This document shows, one piece after another, positions 35,769 to 51,039 of a stretch of DNA of 64,000 nucleotides (the first letter of the stretch is position 1; every line of letters begins with the position of its first letter). The notes below the pieces were generated by a model. That model did no database searches and was not told the DNA's origin. It saw only the letters and a list, made by a program, of their open reading frames with translations. Origin of the DNA: Octopus sinensis (lineage: Eukaryota); the NCBI RefSeq assembly GCF_006345805.1, contig NW_021832533.1:62001-126000 (forward strand), written 5' to 3'. The position numbers and the translations under genes were made by a program.

Positions 35769-36446
35769 AAACAACATCACGAAATATTCCTTCTGAATTC
35801 AATTACATTAAAAATAAAGTACAGCTAAATAATGAATACATCACAATTAATCTCATGCAAACACGTGTCTTTATTTATTAGGCTTGCCATCAAAAATTAT
35901 AATATTTTAAATAATAGATAATGAGAAATAAGATAGGAAAATATAAAATAAACAGTTGACCATTTTGCCACGAGATGTAGGAAAATACTTAACAACTTTT
36001 ACTTCAGAAGATATAATGACGTTGTAAAATGTTTATATCCCCACTTATTAAAAAAATTTGGAATCAGAAAAACCAAAAGACTTAAAGTCTATGCAGTTCA
36101 GTTCGTTTTAGCTAATGAGTTCTTTGAAATAAAAGTAGATAGAAAAAACGACACTTTTGTGAAATAACAACAAACCCGATATGTTTGTAGATGATAAAAC
36201 CACAAACACGATGACTCTTGTCGAGTTTGGAATGACGTCCCAGAATAGCTTGAAACAGGTCAAAGTGAAGAAGATTCCAAATAAATTTTTTTAGCAAGCA
36301 AACTAGGGATTATTCACAAAATAAAAGTTAAGATAATTCAGGTTTCTACGTATTACAGAACCACCTTTAATTTCTTTCTTCCAAACGTATCAATTTTTGC
36401 ACGTGTCCTTTTCGGCAAGACAACAATTAATGAAATTGGTATTCCT

Positions 36447-38512
36447 ACTAGTCAGGACATTTGACTTTCTGGTTTGGACACGTTTTGATGTGGTAGGCAC
36501 TGGAGAGTCATCTCATTGCCTGTCTCCTGTCTAAACTGGTCCTCATGGGAGACCGGAACGTCTTCTTTTATTCTCTGGCCGCAGAGACCCTGCAAGTTTT
36601 CCTTGAGGACGCATTTGTTAGAAGGTTTTGTTGGCGAGAAAGTGGCAGGGCGGTGGAGTTGGAGGACAGTGAGAGGAGGTCCTGCTACTTTAAGGCCATC
36701 AAAGTGAGTCTGAGTACATATTCTGCTCTCTGCTGGAGTGAATCCATTTTGTGAAGTCAAAATCATGGAATTGCGGAATTTTATGACCAGCTGGGATTCC
36801 GTGTCGGAAACGTGTTTTATCCTCTCATCAAACTGGTCTACACGGACGGGTGTTCAGTGCACTGGTAGGTGACCCTCCTAATCGTCCAGTGTCAATATGG
36901 GGGAGGGGGAGGCACCCTCGGTTACTCCTGCACACGTGCTGAATCTGATCTATGACCAAGTGGAGGACATGTTGGCCAAACTGACCCTCTTTCTGGACAC
37001 TTTGGGAGGTCGTCTGCTCATTTCTCTTGTTTTGGAGGACATCCCTCAGTCTGTTTATGATATCCTGGTGGCCTCTCGTTGTTATTTGTAGTATTTGCGA
37101 TTCCCAAATGACTAATTTGCTTTCTTTGGTGGAGGGAGTAGTGCGAGAGTGGAATAGGCGGGGACTGACTTGCCAAGTCGACTTGTTGGTGGCACTCGTA
37201 TCTTCCGCGAAGCTCCCTCGGAGATTCACGGGAGTGTTATCCTACGACAATGTGTATTTGGAGAACTGTACTGGTTACTGTCGACTTGCAGATTTCGGGT
37301 AACTGTACTGGTTACTGTCAACTTGTACGAAGATGTCTATGGAAGTACTCATAGTGTGGTCACATTTCTCTGTACATTCATAGAAACGTCGTAAAAGGGA
37401 AATGGCAGAACAGGTCCTCATTCGATTGGTTTCCGAGGGAGGATTGGAGGCTGGGTGAATTCCTCTCGTGTTGTGTTTTAATGTGGGTGTGTTTGATATT
37501 CCCAGAACATGGCCATTTTGCGTGGAATGAGACCCACGTTCAGTTTCACTGCAGTCATGGATGTGCTCTCCACCTCCAACTGCAGTGCCTGTGAAGGACC
37601 CCCTTCGAGATTGTGTGGGACAAGATGTGTCTGATCCCCGGACTATGCCGATATGTCAGGTTGGTGTGTCTGTCCATTCGCAGTGCTAAGGACGGCCAGT
37701 TGCAAGTCCTGTCCCACATCGCCAGACTGGGCAAACTGAGTCACCACGAGGTAGAGGCACCCTTTATGTTAGGAGGACATGCAACTCCTCTTTGCTGCCT
37801 GGATTGGGGAGTTGTGTGAGCTGTGTGCTGCCAAGGTCGACGTGTGGTAGAATATGGCCACCGACTGTTTTCTTCAACTCCTTTCCTTCTCTAACAAACG
37901 ACTAAGGACGGCCACTCTTGTCTCAGGACTCGTCATATTCGCCCTCGTAAATTCGTACAGTTCTTTTGATGGTGGCCATTTTATTGCATGTTGAAGTTAG
38001 TCGGGTGGTCGCCTCCTTCCCCCACGACGAGGAGTGCCGACGAGTTCAACTGGATTGTATCAATTTGATATTATCAACATGTCCGACGGAGGGAGAAGTG
38101 TGGTCACTCTTATTGAACAGTCTGAGGGGAGTGTAATGGCCTGTTGTGACATGACAGTAATACAAAGAGGGCATTCAAGACTGTCCAGACAATATCCGAA
38201 CGACACTTGGAGTATATGTGTGTGGAAAATGTCCACATTCTCGCTGATTTGGTCGTCCAATTTGCCACGGGGAAGGTGGACTTGAACACGAGTCTGTCCT
38301 GCATAGGATTACTGGTAGTGTAGTGGATTACTGGTAGTGGGGAATATGCGACCAGATGTGTTCCAAGCACATGCACCCGGATATGTTCTGTCACATTTTT
38401 GCCAATCTGTTGGCCTGCTGCATGGATGAGAGATACTCCCTCCGTCGGTCTGCCGTCAACTCACTCTATTCGGCCATCACTGCTAACAACAAGTCCATCG
38501 AGGAGGGAGTTT
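36447..38512 (+). pseudogene. MON2: MON2 fragment copy 2 (same as copy 1)
   Basis: ORF set identical to 26955-29020. Confidence 0.72.
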
Positions 38513-38951
38513 CACAATGGCTCTTGCGGCAGGGAGTGTCATTATGTAGCAGTATCCAAAACAGTAAGGGGGTAATAGTCATAAGGGTAGTCTTCGTATT
38601 TCATTGCCTTTATTTTAATGAGGAGTTGATAAAATAAATTTTTGTCTCTACGATGAACAAGAACAATTTTTATCAAAGTGAGTTGGAAGTACATTTCCGA
38701 TAAACTCGTATAGAAATTATTAAACTTATCCATAAAGGCCAATAATCTTCCCGTGTAGGGCATATACACATTATGACAGTCATAATATCCTTCATTTGTA
38801 CAAATTATATCCTTTCACTTGTACACTCATGCATTACTTATAATAAATTATTTCCGTTTTTAATTTAATGTCAAAAAATAATTTGTGCTTTCAATTCTGA
38901 AGATAATCCTGGTCGTCAGCGTAATTACAGTTCTCTATTTTTCTACGACTT

Positions 38952-40370
38952 ATTCACAAAACTACCCAATTTAAAATATCTATAACGTAAACCACCACTT
39001 TTCGTCATTCCGAGTAGAGAGCCGCTGAATCAAAGTTAAGTCAGTATTTTCCGGACTGATCTTCAGGGACCACCTCTTCAAAACTATTGTAGCCTTGTCT
39101 ACTGCAGCTCTTAGAATCTCCACATCCTCAGATACAAAATCCATGTCGTCAGTGTATATTAGTTCTACAAAATGATTATTTAAGTGATGCAATTCATTTT
39201 TGACATCCCTAAACGCAGCTTTCAAATAGATTACAAAGAGGACTGGCGAAAGAGAATCCCCTTGCGGGGTACCAATCCCGGTGTTAAATTTATCTGAATA
39301 GTCTCTCCCCACTTTACTAAAAGGCTCGTATCAGCCTGCAAAAAACACACAATCTTCATCTTCATCAACAAGAAACTCGCAGTAGTTCTTGACAGATACT
39401 GTCGAACGCTTTTGATAGGTCAACTTCCAAAATGTGCATCGTTTTCCTGTACAAACCAATGACACAATACTATATCAGCGGTTGACTTTCCCCGGTCTGA
39501 ATCCGCTTTGACTTGGCAACAGGATCAACTGATTTTGATACACAATTCAATGTTATAATCGACAGGTTTTTTGCAATGTGGTCAAAAGCACGATTAGCCT
39601 GAGACTTTCAATTGCAGAGGAAGTAGAACTTCCATTGCGAGTTCATTTAGACAATGAATCCTAAATATCTCATTGAATATAAAGGTTATCCTTTCTGCAA
39701 GCTTCATCTGCGCGTATTTCTGCAACTCTCCGCAAATATTATCATAACCCCCTGCTCTGTTGTTATTCAGTCAAAGCATTGCTGAGCGAATCTCAAAAGA
39801 CGATCATGAAAACAAATCGTAGGTATTTCAAAAGACGATCATGAGATTTCCAGAGGAATTTCAATATCATTTTCGGTGATTACCAATGAAGCGTTCACCT
39901 CTGCGTTTACTTCCTGTCTTTAAGTTCCAGTCTTCCGCACCAAAAAATAGTACGAACGAGCAGAGTTGGGAGTACATTTCCGATAAACTCGTATATAAAT
40001 CATCAAGCTCATCCATACAGGCCAATAATCTTCTCGTGTAGGGCGTATACACATTTATGACAGTCATAATCAATTTCTTATTACGTGATCCAATATTAAA
40101 TTGAATAATGGCGATTCTGTCTATTACCCTCTATAATTTAAGTAGCCGATCCACGAGTGAGATGTGTATGGCGAAGTCCATTTCATAGTGACAGGAGTCG
40201 GACAGTAATAGTATTAACCGGTAATTGTCATAACATACACCTTCGTCTCTTGCAGGCATGTTTGTATCTTTACAGATCCCTGTATAGAATGTTCTGTTTG
40301 ATGTTTAAGGCAATCCCCTTGACATTGAAAGATGTAATGGAAAAAAGTATAGGATGGACAGATCGAGAGT
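38952..40370 (-). mobile_element. RTE-like LINE, second Y copy
   Basis: Duplicate of 29460-30880. Confidence 0.8.
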
Positions 40371-40823
40371 ACGATAAAGACATTACAGAGTGAGAGATGT
40401 CAACCAACTCAACCACCAGAATTGGATGGATGTACTTCAATATAATCTACCAATTTAAGTTCTTTCTAGAAAATTTTTGAATAAATTAGATTTTTTCATG
40501 TTTAAATTGTGAAAAATCAAATCTAAAGATGGATAAAAAATTGCTTAATTAATCTTGGATTTTTAAATATGCAACAAAGATTCAAGAATCACACCGACAA
40601 TTCGATATTTGGCAGTAGGTTTGTGTCCTCAAACCCGCTTTCTTCAAAAATCTTAGCATTGAGGATAATCAGCAAGTCTCCAACGAACCATTCAACCGCC
40701 CATTTTTATTTTCACGGAAAATAAGTGCAAAGTAATATATATTAACAAATATAGTTTAATAAATATATTAATTCAATGTCTAACCAGTGAGTTATTTAAA
40801 ATAAAATATTACCTTTCATTATA

Positions 40824-41218
40824 ATGCTTCCACTTGCCCTACTTTTTGTTCACTTTGTGATCCAAAGTGACTGTGATTTAACACAAAAGTTTTTAAAATT
40901 GCCCATTTTAAATTAGTTATTTGAACAACTGTGAATTCAATGGAGAATATGTTGCGGGACATTCAGGAACAATTACAATTCAACATAACGTTACATTTCC
41001 TAATGGAGAAATATTTTCGAATTTAAGATACTTGCAGATATTGTAATCACTATTTCATTAATGCCAGTGTCTGTGAAGGAAACTCGCTAGAGAGAATACT
41101 AAACAACTCATTTGGTAAGTTGGATTTCTTATACCAGATGTATATTCAAATATTTTGAATCATTAGAACACTGCATCCCTGCCGTAACCTTCGATACCTG
41201 AATTTAGATGCTTTTGCA
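40824..41218 (+). pseudogene. Secreted LRR paralog fragment, second Y copy
   Basis: Duplicate of 31333-31728. Confidence 0.75.
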
Positions 41219-42212
41219 GATTCATTAAATCCGATATTCCGCTAAACAAACTATCTATGCCATGGCTTAGAGAATTGTTTTACGGAGGTTCTGTGCGAGT
41301 ATCCTCACCATCGAAGGGTAGAAGCTGTGTCAATCAAATCATAATTGACCAAAAATTGATAATTCAACAAAAAATTGTGTATAAAAATTTACTTTATTTC
41401 GTAACGATCAAAAGGTTTTTGCGATGAAACAAAAATTCGTGGCCAAAGATACGTTGCTGTGATGATTGGATCGTTAAATTCTCCTGAAACAACATATCTG
41501 ATATCGTTTAAGCCGGTAGAATCTGCTCCTAACAAGAACATCATTGCTCAAATAGTCGACGATGTACTTTAGAATAATTTGGTTCAAAGGGAAAATTTCC
41601 TTTTGTTAATTTCGGATGCCGCAAATTATATGAAATCAGGTAAAATTTCATGTTTAAGTTTTAGCTGGCAAAATACTTAAAAATCTGTACCCCAAGTCAT
41701 TCCATGTCACATGTTTCCGGATAGGAGGCTTTTATTGTCACATCTATTACACAATTGTTGTAAGAAAATAAAAGCCTCCTATCCGGAAATTTATTTGATG
41801 ATTGCTACTGTACAAGCAGCAATTAACAAGAACAATACAAGAAAACGAATATTTAAAGACATAAAATGGACTGGTCACCAAATACCACCAACGGTTTAGA
41901 CAAGTCTCTACAGGCTTATATACAGTCAATTTTTCATAAGAGGACTCTGACAGTATTTTAGCCCCAAAACCGAGGTTATTATGTTCATAAAGATTGAAAA
42001 ACATGTCAATAAGCATACATTGTCGTTGTATAACTACTACATCGGGCTGATTAAAATCAAACATGCGAATTTGAAAATATTCCTCTGTGGTGCATAAAAG
42101 TAAGCAATTGGTCCTCCAATTTCTCAAGGACATTGAAATGAAAGATGCACTTGTTTGATAAAAGATGGAATTATGGAGGCCATGAGATTAAAGAAAACAC
42201 ATATGACTCCTA

Positions 42213-43762
42213 CAGTACCGGTCATATGTTTTAGACATTCTGAAAAAATCCCAGTGTTTGATTTTTCTAAAGAAAAATCCAATAAAATAAAAGTTTTTTA
42301 GTAAGTATTATCTATATTATTTATATATTTATCATTTTCATATCTTATCTTCGCTTTATCTTCGACTTCTTCATATGTTTAAGGATTTTGTCGAAATTGG
42401 CCCAGTCATATGTTTTAGACATTTTATTTAAATTCATTATATTTCAATAAAATTTATACTTTTTTTCTATTTTTCGTATCGGAAACGTGTTTTAAATTAT
42501 TTGAAAGCAGTATGCCACGACTTTCTGTTGAACAGCGTCATAGAATTGTTTTTATGCGAGAAAATGGTCATACCGTACAGGAAATATCGATTTTACTTGG
42601 AATATCCAGATGCGCCGTAAATCACACTTACCAACGGTATTTGGATGGAAATGGGTTTTACGACAGACCAAAATCTGGAAGAAATTGTATTCTTTCGGCA
42701 CGTGCTCAAAGGAATCTTGTACGTGAGTCTCGACGTTTTCCCAAAAAAACAGCGAATGAAATCAGAAAAGACCTAAATATTACGGAAACCGTCAGTGTCG
42801 AAACTGTACGAAGAATCTTACGCAAAAATGAACTTTTCGTAAGAATAGCAGCCAAAAAACCTAGACTTTCAACTAATAATATCAAGAAGAGAAAAATATT
42901 CTGCACTAGAAACATTTCATTCGATTGGAATAAGGTCATTTTTACTGACGAGTGCCGCATCGAATTAATTTCGAAAGCACGAGAATTCGTAAGGAAATAG
43001 ATTCAATTCGAACTACACAACGAAAACTCAGAAATTCGCACCTTCAATCATGGTTTGGGGCGGTATCAGACACGATGGAAAAAGTGCCTTGATATTGTGC
43101 GAAGGAAATGTAGATTCCGTAGAATATCAACGAATCTTGGAACAAGGGCTTTCTGAGATATATGATGATAACTTTATTTTCCAACAAGATGGTGCATCAT
43201 GTCATACTTCACGGTCTACAAAAAATTATTTGCTTGAAAAAGAAGTGAATATTTTAAACAATTGGCCTGCACAATCGCCAGATCTTAACATAATAGAAAA
43301 TTGCTGGCATTATTTAAAGAGCAAAATCAGAAATAGAAACCCTCAGAACGTTAAGCAACTATGGGAGATGGAAAAAGATGAATGGAACAAGATGGGAGAT
43401 GATTATATTCAAAACTTGTATTTGTCGATCCCAAATAGAATACATGATGTAATATCGAAAAAAGGAGATGTAACTAAATACTAACTTGTGTTTTAATTAA
43501 TAAAAACTCGTTTTAACTTTTAAAAATTCCAGATTATGGATGTGCATCGTAAATGTCTAAAACATATGACTGGGCCAGTTTCGACAAAATCTATAAAAAG
43601 ATCAAGATGTCGAAAATACAGTGACGATGAGATTGGGAAAAAATAAATAACTAAAAAAAATGGATAATGCTTAATGAAAAGCATTTTTTTAATAAGATTT
43701 TTCTTTAGAAAAATCAAACACTGGGATTTTTTCAGAATGTCTAAAACATATGACCGGTACTG
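42213..43762 (+). mobile_element. Tc1 DD35E transposon, second copy
   Basis: Duplicate of 32722-34271 with the same flanks and the same lesion. Confidence 0.93.
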
Positions 43763-44018
43763 TATCAAGGAATTCCTATGTAGAAAGTAACAAACGGGGA
43801 ATCCTGGAAAGCCTCAAACTGAAGGTTTGAAAGATGTGAAAGGAGAGTATTTAATTGAGAAGAATCAATTTAAAAACAAGAAAATTGAATAAATACGAAT
43901 AACAAAGAAATAATTTAGAAATTTCAAAATGTGTAAAAGAAACAGATTAAAGGAATAAACTCAAAAAATATTCAAAAATGATGGAATTTCAGATAAAATA
44001 ATCATTAAAAGAAACAAC

Positions 44019-45256
44019 GGTACATATGTAGTAGTTGGCGGCCACTTTTTAGCGAATTTTAAAAAAACTATATTTTTTTGGTGAATAATTACCTTTTTAA
44101 ATAATATTACTATAAAAAAATTAATTATTTTTATACAAAATTATTAATTATTTTTTTATTTTAGTTTTGATTCTGGGGGACAATGTAAGGCAATGCACTC
44201 CATGATTGTTTCAAATTCTTTCTTTTGGCTGTCTGTCGCCAAATGAACTCCGTAAAATAACTATTAAGGTGTTGTCTGACTGTTCCCCTTTGTTTTCTAT
44301 TACGCCATTTGGCGCTACTCCACATTCTAAGGAATAATTATATAATTGGAAACCTTTCAATATGTTGGGTGTGTGCACCCGTAGTTGGATCAACAAAACA
44401 ATATCTGTGATTCACTTGCAGGTGCTGATATCCTGCATCCTGAAGATCTTTTGTTGAATAACCCTTCCAGCAGTCTGATATGAGAATGGTGCCTTCTTCT
44501 ACATTCTCAAGAATAGCCTTCGTAAGGGTCTTCATTGTTCTGTCAGGTATTGCTTCTAAGAAGCATTGGTTCGTTTCTCTGCAGATTCCGCCGAAAACCC
44601 ATTGCTCAGGCAACATTCTGCCTCTGTTGTATTTCCTTTTTGAAAAATGACTTTCGTCAATTTCCACAATCATTCCTTCACCGCCTATTATATTATAAAT
44701 TTACGCACACCTATTTTGGATCTCTGACGAGATGTCAATGATAGCATGCAAATTTCACGCATGTACATTGACCAGTCCACGGTTGTATGTGAAGCCCAAC
44801 CAAGATTTTCCATGCATATCTCCATAGAAGATATATTTTTTGCCCACAGGTAGACAAACCGGATTATATCTTCGAATAGTACTTTGGTTCCTGCTAACCA
44901 CGTTCCTGTTGAGTTTTAATGATATAAATACCAGTTTTTAGACTCGATTTACTTCGACAGCCCCTTCTGTAGCAATTCCAAGCCGGAGAGCTGCCAATGT
45001 TTAAAGTCATTTGGTGTCCGTTGCGACACACTTTTTTTTTGGGATGATTCCTCTGGATTGCATGAAATTGATAGCTTCTGACATATTTGTGGGTAGATTG
45101 AATAGATTGACCTCACTTCTCATTTAAATTAAAGTAGCGTGGGATTTTATTATTTTTATATTGTATTATTTTTAATTATATATTTTTTTTAACTAAAAAA
45201 AATATAGTTTTTTTAAAATTCGCTAAAAAGTGGCCGCCAACTACTACATATGTACC
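44019..45256 (-). mobile_element. Full-length Merlin transposon copy 3
   Basis: Duplicate of 34528-35768 with the same AAACAAC flanks. Confidence 0.93.
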
Positions 45257-45933
45257 AAACAACATCACGAAATATTCCTTCTGAATTCAATTACATTAAA
45301 AATAAAGTACAGCTAAATAATGAATACATCACAATTAATCTCATGCAAACACGTGTCTTTATTTATTAGGCTTGCCATCAAAAATTATAATATTTTAAAT
45401 AATAGATAATGAGAAATAAGATAGGAAAATATAAAATAAACAGTTGACCATTTTGCCACGAGATGTAGGAAAATACTTAACAACTTTTACTTCAGAAGAT
45501 ATAATGACGTTGTAAAATGTTTATATCCCCACTTATTAAAAAAATTTGGAATCAGAAAAACCAAAAGACTTAAAGTCTATGCAGTTCAGTTCGTTTTAGC
45601 TAATGAGTTCTTTGAAATAAAAGTAGATAGAAAAAACGACACTTTTGTGAAATAACAACAAACCCGATATGTTTGTAGATGATAAAACCACAAACACGAT
45701 GACTCTTGTCGAGTTTGGAATGACGTCCCAGAATAGCTTGAAACAGGTCAAAGTGAAGAAGATTCCAAATAAATTTTTTTAGCAAGCAAACTAGGGATTA
45801 TCACAAAATAAAAGTTAAGATAATTCAGGTTTCTACGTATTACAGAACCACCTTTAATTTCTTTCTTCCAAACGTATCAATTTTTGCACGTGTCCTTTTC
45901 GGCAAGACAACAATTAATGAAATTGGTATTCCT

Positions 45934-48006
45934 ACTAGTCAGGACATTTGACTTTCTGGTTTGGACACGTTTTGATGTGGTAGGCACTGGAGAGTCATCT
46001 CATTGCCTGTCTCCTGTCTAAACTGGTCCTCATGGGAGACCGGAACGTCTTCTTTTATTCTCTGGCCGCAGAGACCCTGCAAGTTTTCCTTGAGGACGCA
46101 TTTGTTAGAAGGTTTTGTTGGCGAGAAAGTGGCAGGGCGGTGGAGTTGGAGGACAGTGAGAGGAGGTCCTGCTACTTTAAGGCCATCAAAGTGAGTCTGA
46201 GTACATATTCTGCTCTCTGTTGGAGTGAATCCATTTTGTGGAGTCAAAATTACGGAATTGCGGAATTTTATGACCAGCTGGGATTCCGTGTCGGAAACGT
46301 GTTTTATCCTCTCATCAAACTGGTCTACACGGACGGGTGTTCAGTGCACTGGTAGGTGACCCTCCTAATCGTCCAGTGTCAATATGGGGGAGGGGGAGGC
46401 ACCCTCGGTTACTCCTGCACACGTGCTGAATCTGATCTATGACCAGGTGGAGGACATGTTGGCCAAACTGACCCTCTTTCTGGACACTTTGGGAGGTCGT
46501 CTGCTCATTTCTCTTGTTTTGGAGGACATCCCTCAGTCTGTTTATGATATCCTGGTGGCCTCTCGTTGTTATTTGTAGTACTTGCGATTCCCAAATGACT
46601 AATTTGCTTTCTTTGGTGGAGGGAGTAGTGCGAGAGTGGAATAGGCGGGGACTGACTTGCCAAGTCGACTTGTTGGTGGCACTCGTATCCTCCACGATGC
46701 TCCCTCGGAGATTCACGGGAGTGTTATCCTACGACAATGTGCACACGTATTTGGAGAACTGTACTGGTTACTGTCGACTTGCAGATTTCGGGTAACTGTA
46801 CTGGTTACTGTCGACTTGTACGAAGATGTCTATGGAAGTACTCATAGTGTGGTCACATTTCTCTGTATATTCATAGAAACGTCGTAAAAGGGAAATGGCA
46901 AAACAGGTCCTCATTCGATTGGTTTCCGAGGGAGGATTGGAGGCTGGGTGGAGTCCTCTCGTGTTGTGTTTTAATGTGGGTGTGTTTGATATTTCCAGAA
47001 CATGGCCATTTTGCGTGAAATGAGACCCACGTTCAATTTCACTGCAGTCATAGATGTGCTCTCCACCTCCAACTGCAGTGCCTGTGAAGGACCCCTTTTC
47101 GAGATTGTGTGGGACAAGATGTGTCTGATCCCCGGACTATGCCGATATGTCAGGTTGGTGTGTCTGTCCATTCGCAGTGCTAAGGACGGCCAGTTGCAAG
47201 TCCTGTCCCACATCGCCAGACTGGGCAAACTGAGTCACCACGAGGTATAGGCACCCTTCATGTTAGGAGGACATGCAACTCCTCTTTGCTGCCTGGATTG
47301 GGGAGTTGTGTGGGCTGTGTGCTGCCAAGGTCGACTTGTGGTGGAATATGGCCACCGACTGTCTTCTTCAACTCCTTTCCTTCTCTAACAAACGACTAAG
47401 GACGGCCACTCTTGTCTCAGGACTCGTCATATTCGCCCTCGTAAATTCGTACAGTTCTTTTGATGGTGGCCATTTTATTGCATGTTGAAGTTACTCGGGT
47501 GGTCGCCTCCTTCCCCCACGACGAGGAGTGCCGACGAGTTCAACTGGATTGTATCAATTTGATATTATCAACATGTCCGACGAAGGGAGAAGTGTGGTCA
47601 CTCTTATTGAACAGTCTGAGGGGAGTGTAATGGCCTGTTGTGACATGACAGTAATACAAAGATGGCATTCAAGACTGTCCAGACAATATCCGAACGACAC
47701 TTGGAGTATATGTGTGTGGAAAATGTCCACATTCTCGCTGATTTGGTCGTCCAATTTGCCACGGGGAAGGTGGACTTGAATACGAGTCTGTCCTGCATAG
47801 GATTACTGGTAGTGTAGTGGATTACTGGTAGTGGGGAATATGCGACCAGATGTGTTCCAAGCACATGCACCCGGATATGTTCTGTCACATTTTTGCCAAT
47901 CTGTCGGCCTGCTGCATGGATGAGAAATACTCCCTCCGTCGGTCTGCCGTCAACTCACTCTATTCGGCCATCACTGCTAACAACAAGTCCATCGAGGAGG
48001 GAGTGT
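45934..48006 (+). pseudogene. MON2: MON2 fragment copy 3, diverged from copies 1 and 2
   Basis: TGG where copies 1 and 2 have TGA; 6 extra nt (GCACAC) at 46741; scattered substitutions from about 46220 on. Confidence 0.72.
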
Positions 48007-48407
48007 CACAATGGCTCTTACGGCAGGGAGTTTCATTATGTAGCAGTATCCAAAACAGTAAAGGGGTAGTAGTCATAGGGGTAGTCTTTGTATTTCATTG
48101 CCCTTATTTTAATGAGGAGTTGATAAAATAAATTTTTGTCTCTTTACGATGAACAAGAACAATTTTTATCAAAGTGAGTTGGGAGTACATTTCCGATAAA
48201 CTCGTATAGAAATTATTAAACATATCCATACAGGCCAATAATCTTCCCGTGTAGGGCGTATACACATTTATGACAGTCATAATATCCTTCATTTGTACAA
48301 ATTATATCCTTCACTTGTACACTCATGCATTAAATATATCCACTGCCTCATTAGAAAAACGTGATAAAGGAGAAAATGTTGAAATAATAATTTCGAATAA
48401 AAATAAA

Positions 48408-50813
<2,406 letters not shown>

Positions 50814-51039
50814 TAATATGTAATACACTGCAAGAAACTGAGGACCCACGTTATCTTAATATTTATTGTATTTTTATTGAATTACAAATAATTAATAAAA
50901 TATATTTATATATAAAAACTTGTCATCAATACTGTCATTAAAGTCAAGTTAAAAATTAAAAAATGATTAAATAAATTCAAAAACTAAGAATTATTGTTAG
51001 GTGTTTTAAAATCATAGTATTTAAACAATGCAAATGTCA

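Larger units (their letters stand above)
24851..48330. repeat. Segmental array X'(24851-29342)-Y(29343-31728)-X(31729-38834)-Y(38835-41218)-X''(41219-48330), period about 9.49 kb
   Basis: Identical ORFs recur at offsets of 9488-9492. The Y copies are near-identical. X' and X'' differ by scattered substitutions and a deletion of about 2.3 kb. Confidence 0.95.

Noticed and set aside
24851-48330. Helitron or Pack-element capture as the origin of the gene-fragment mosaic
   Set aside because: No 5' TC, 3' hairpin-CTRR or enclosing TIRs at the X or Y boundaries.
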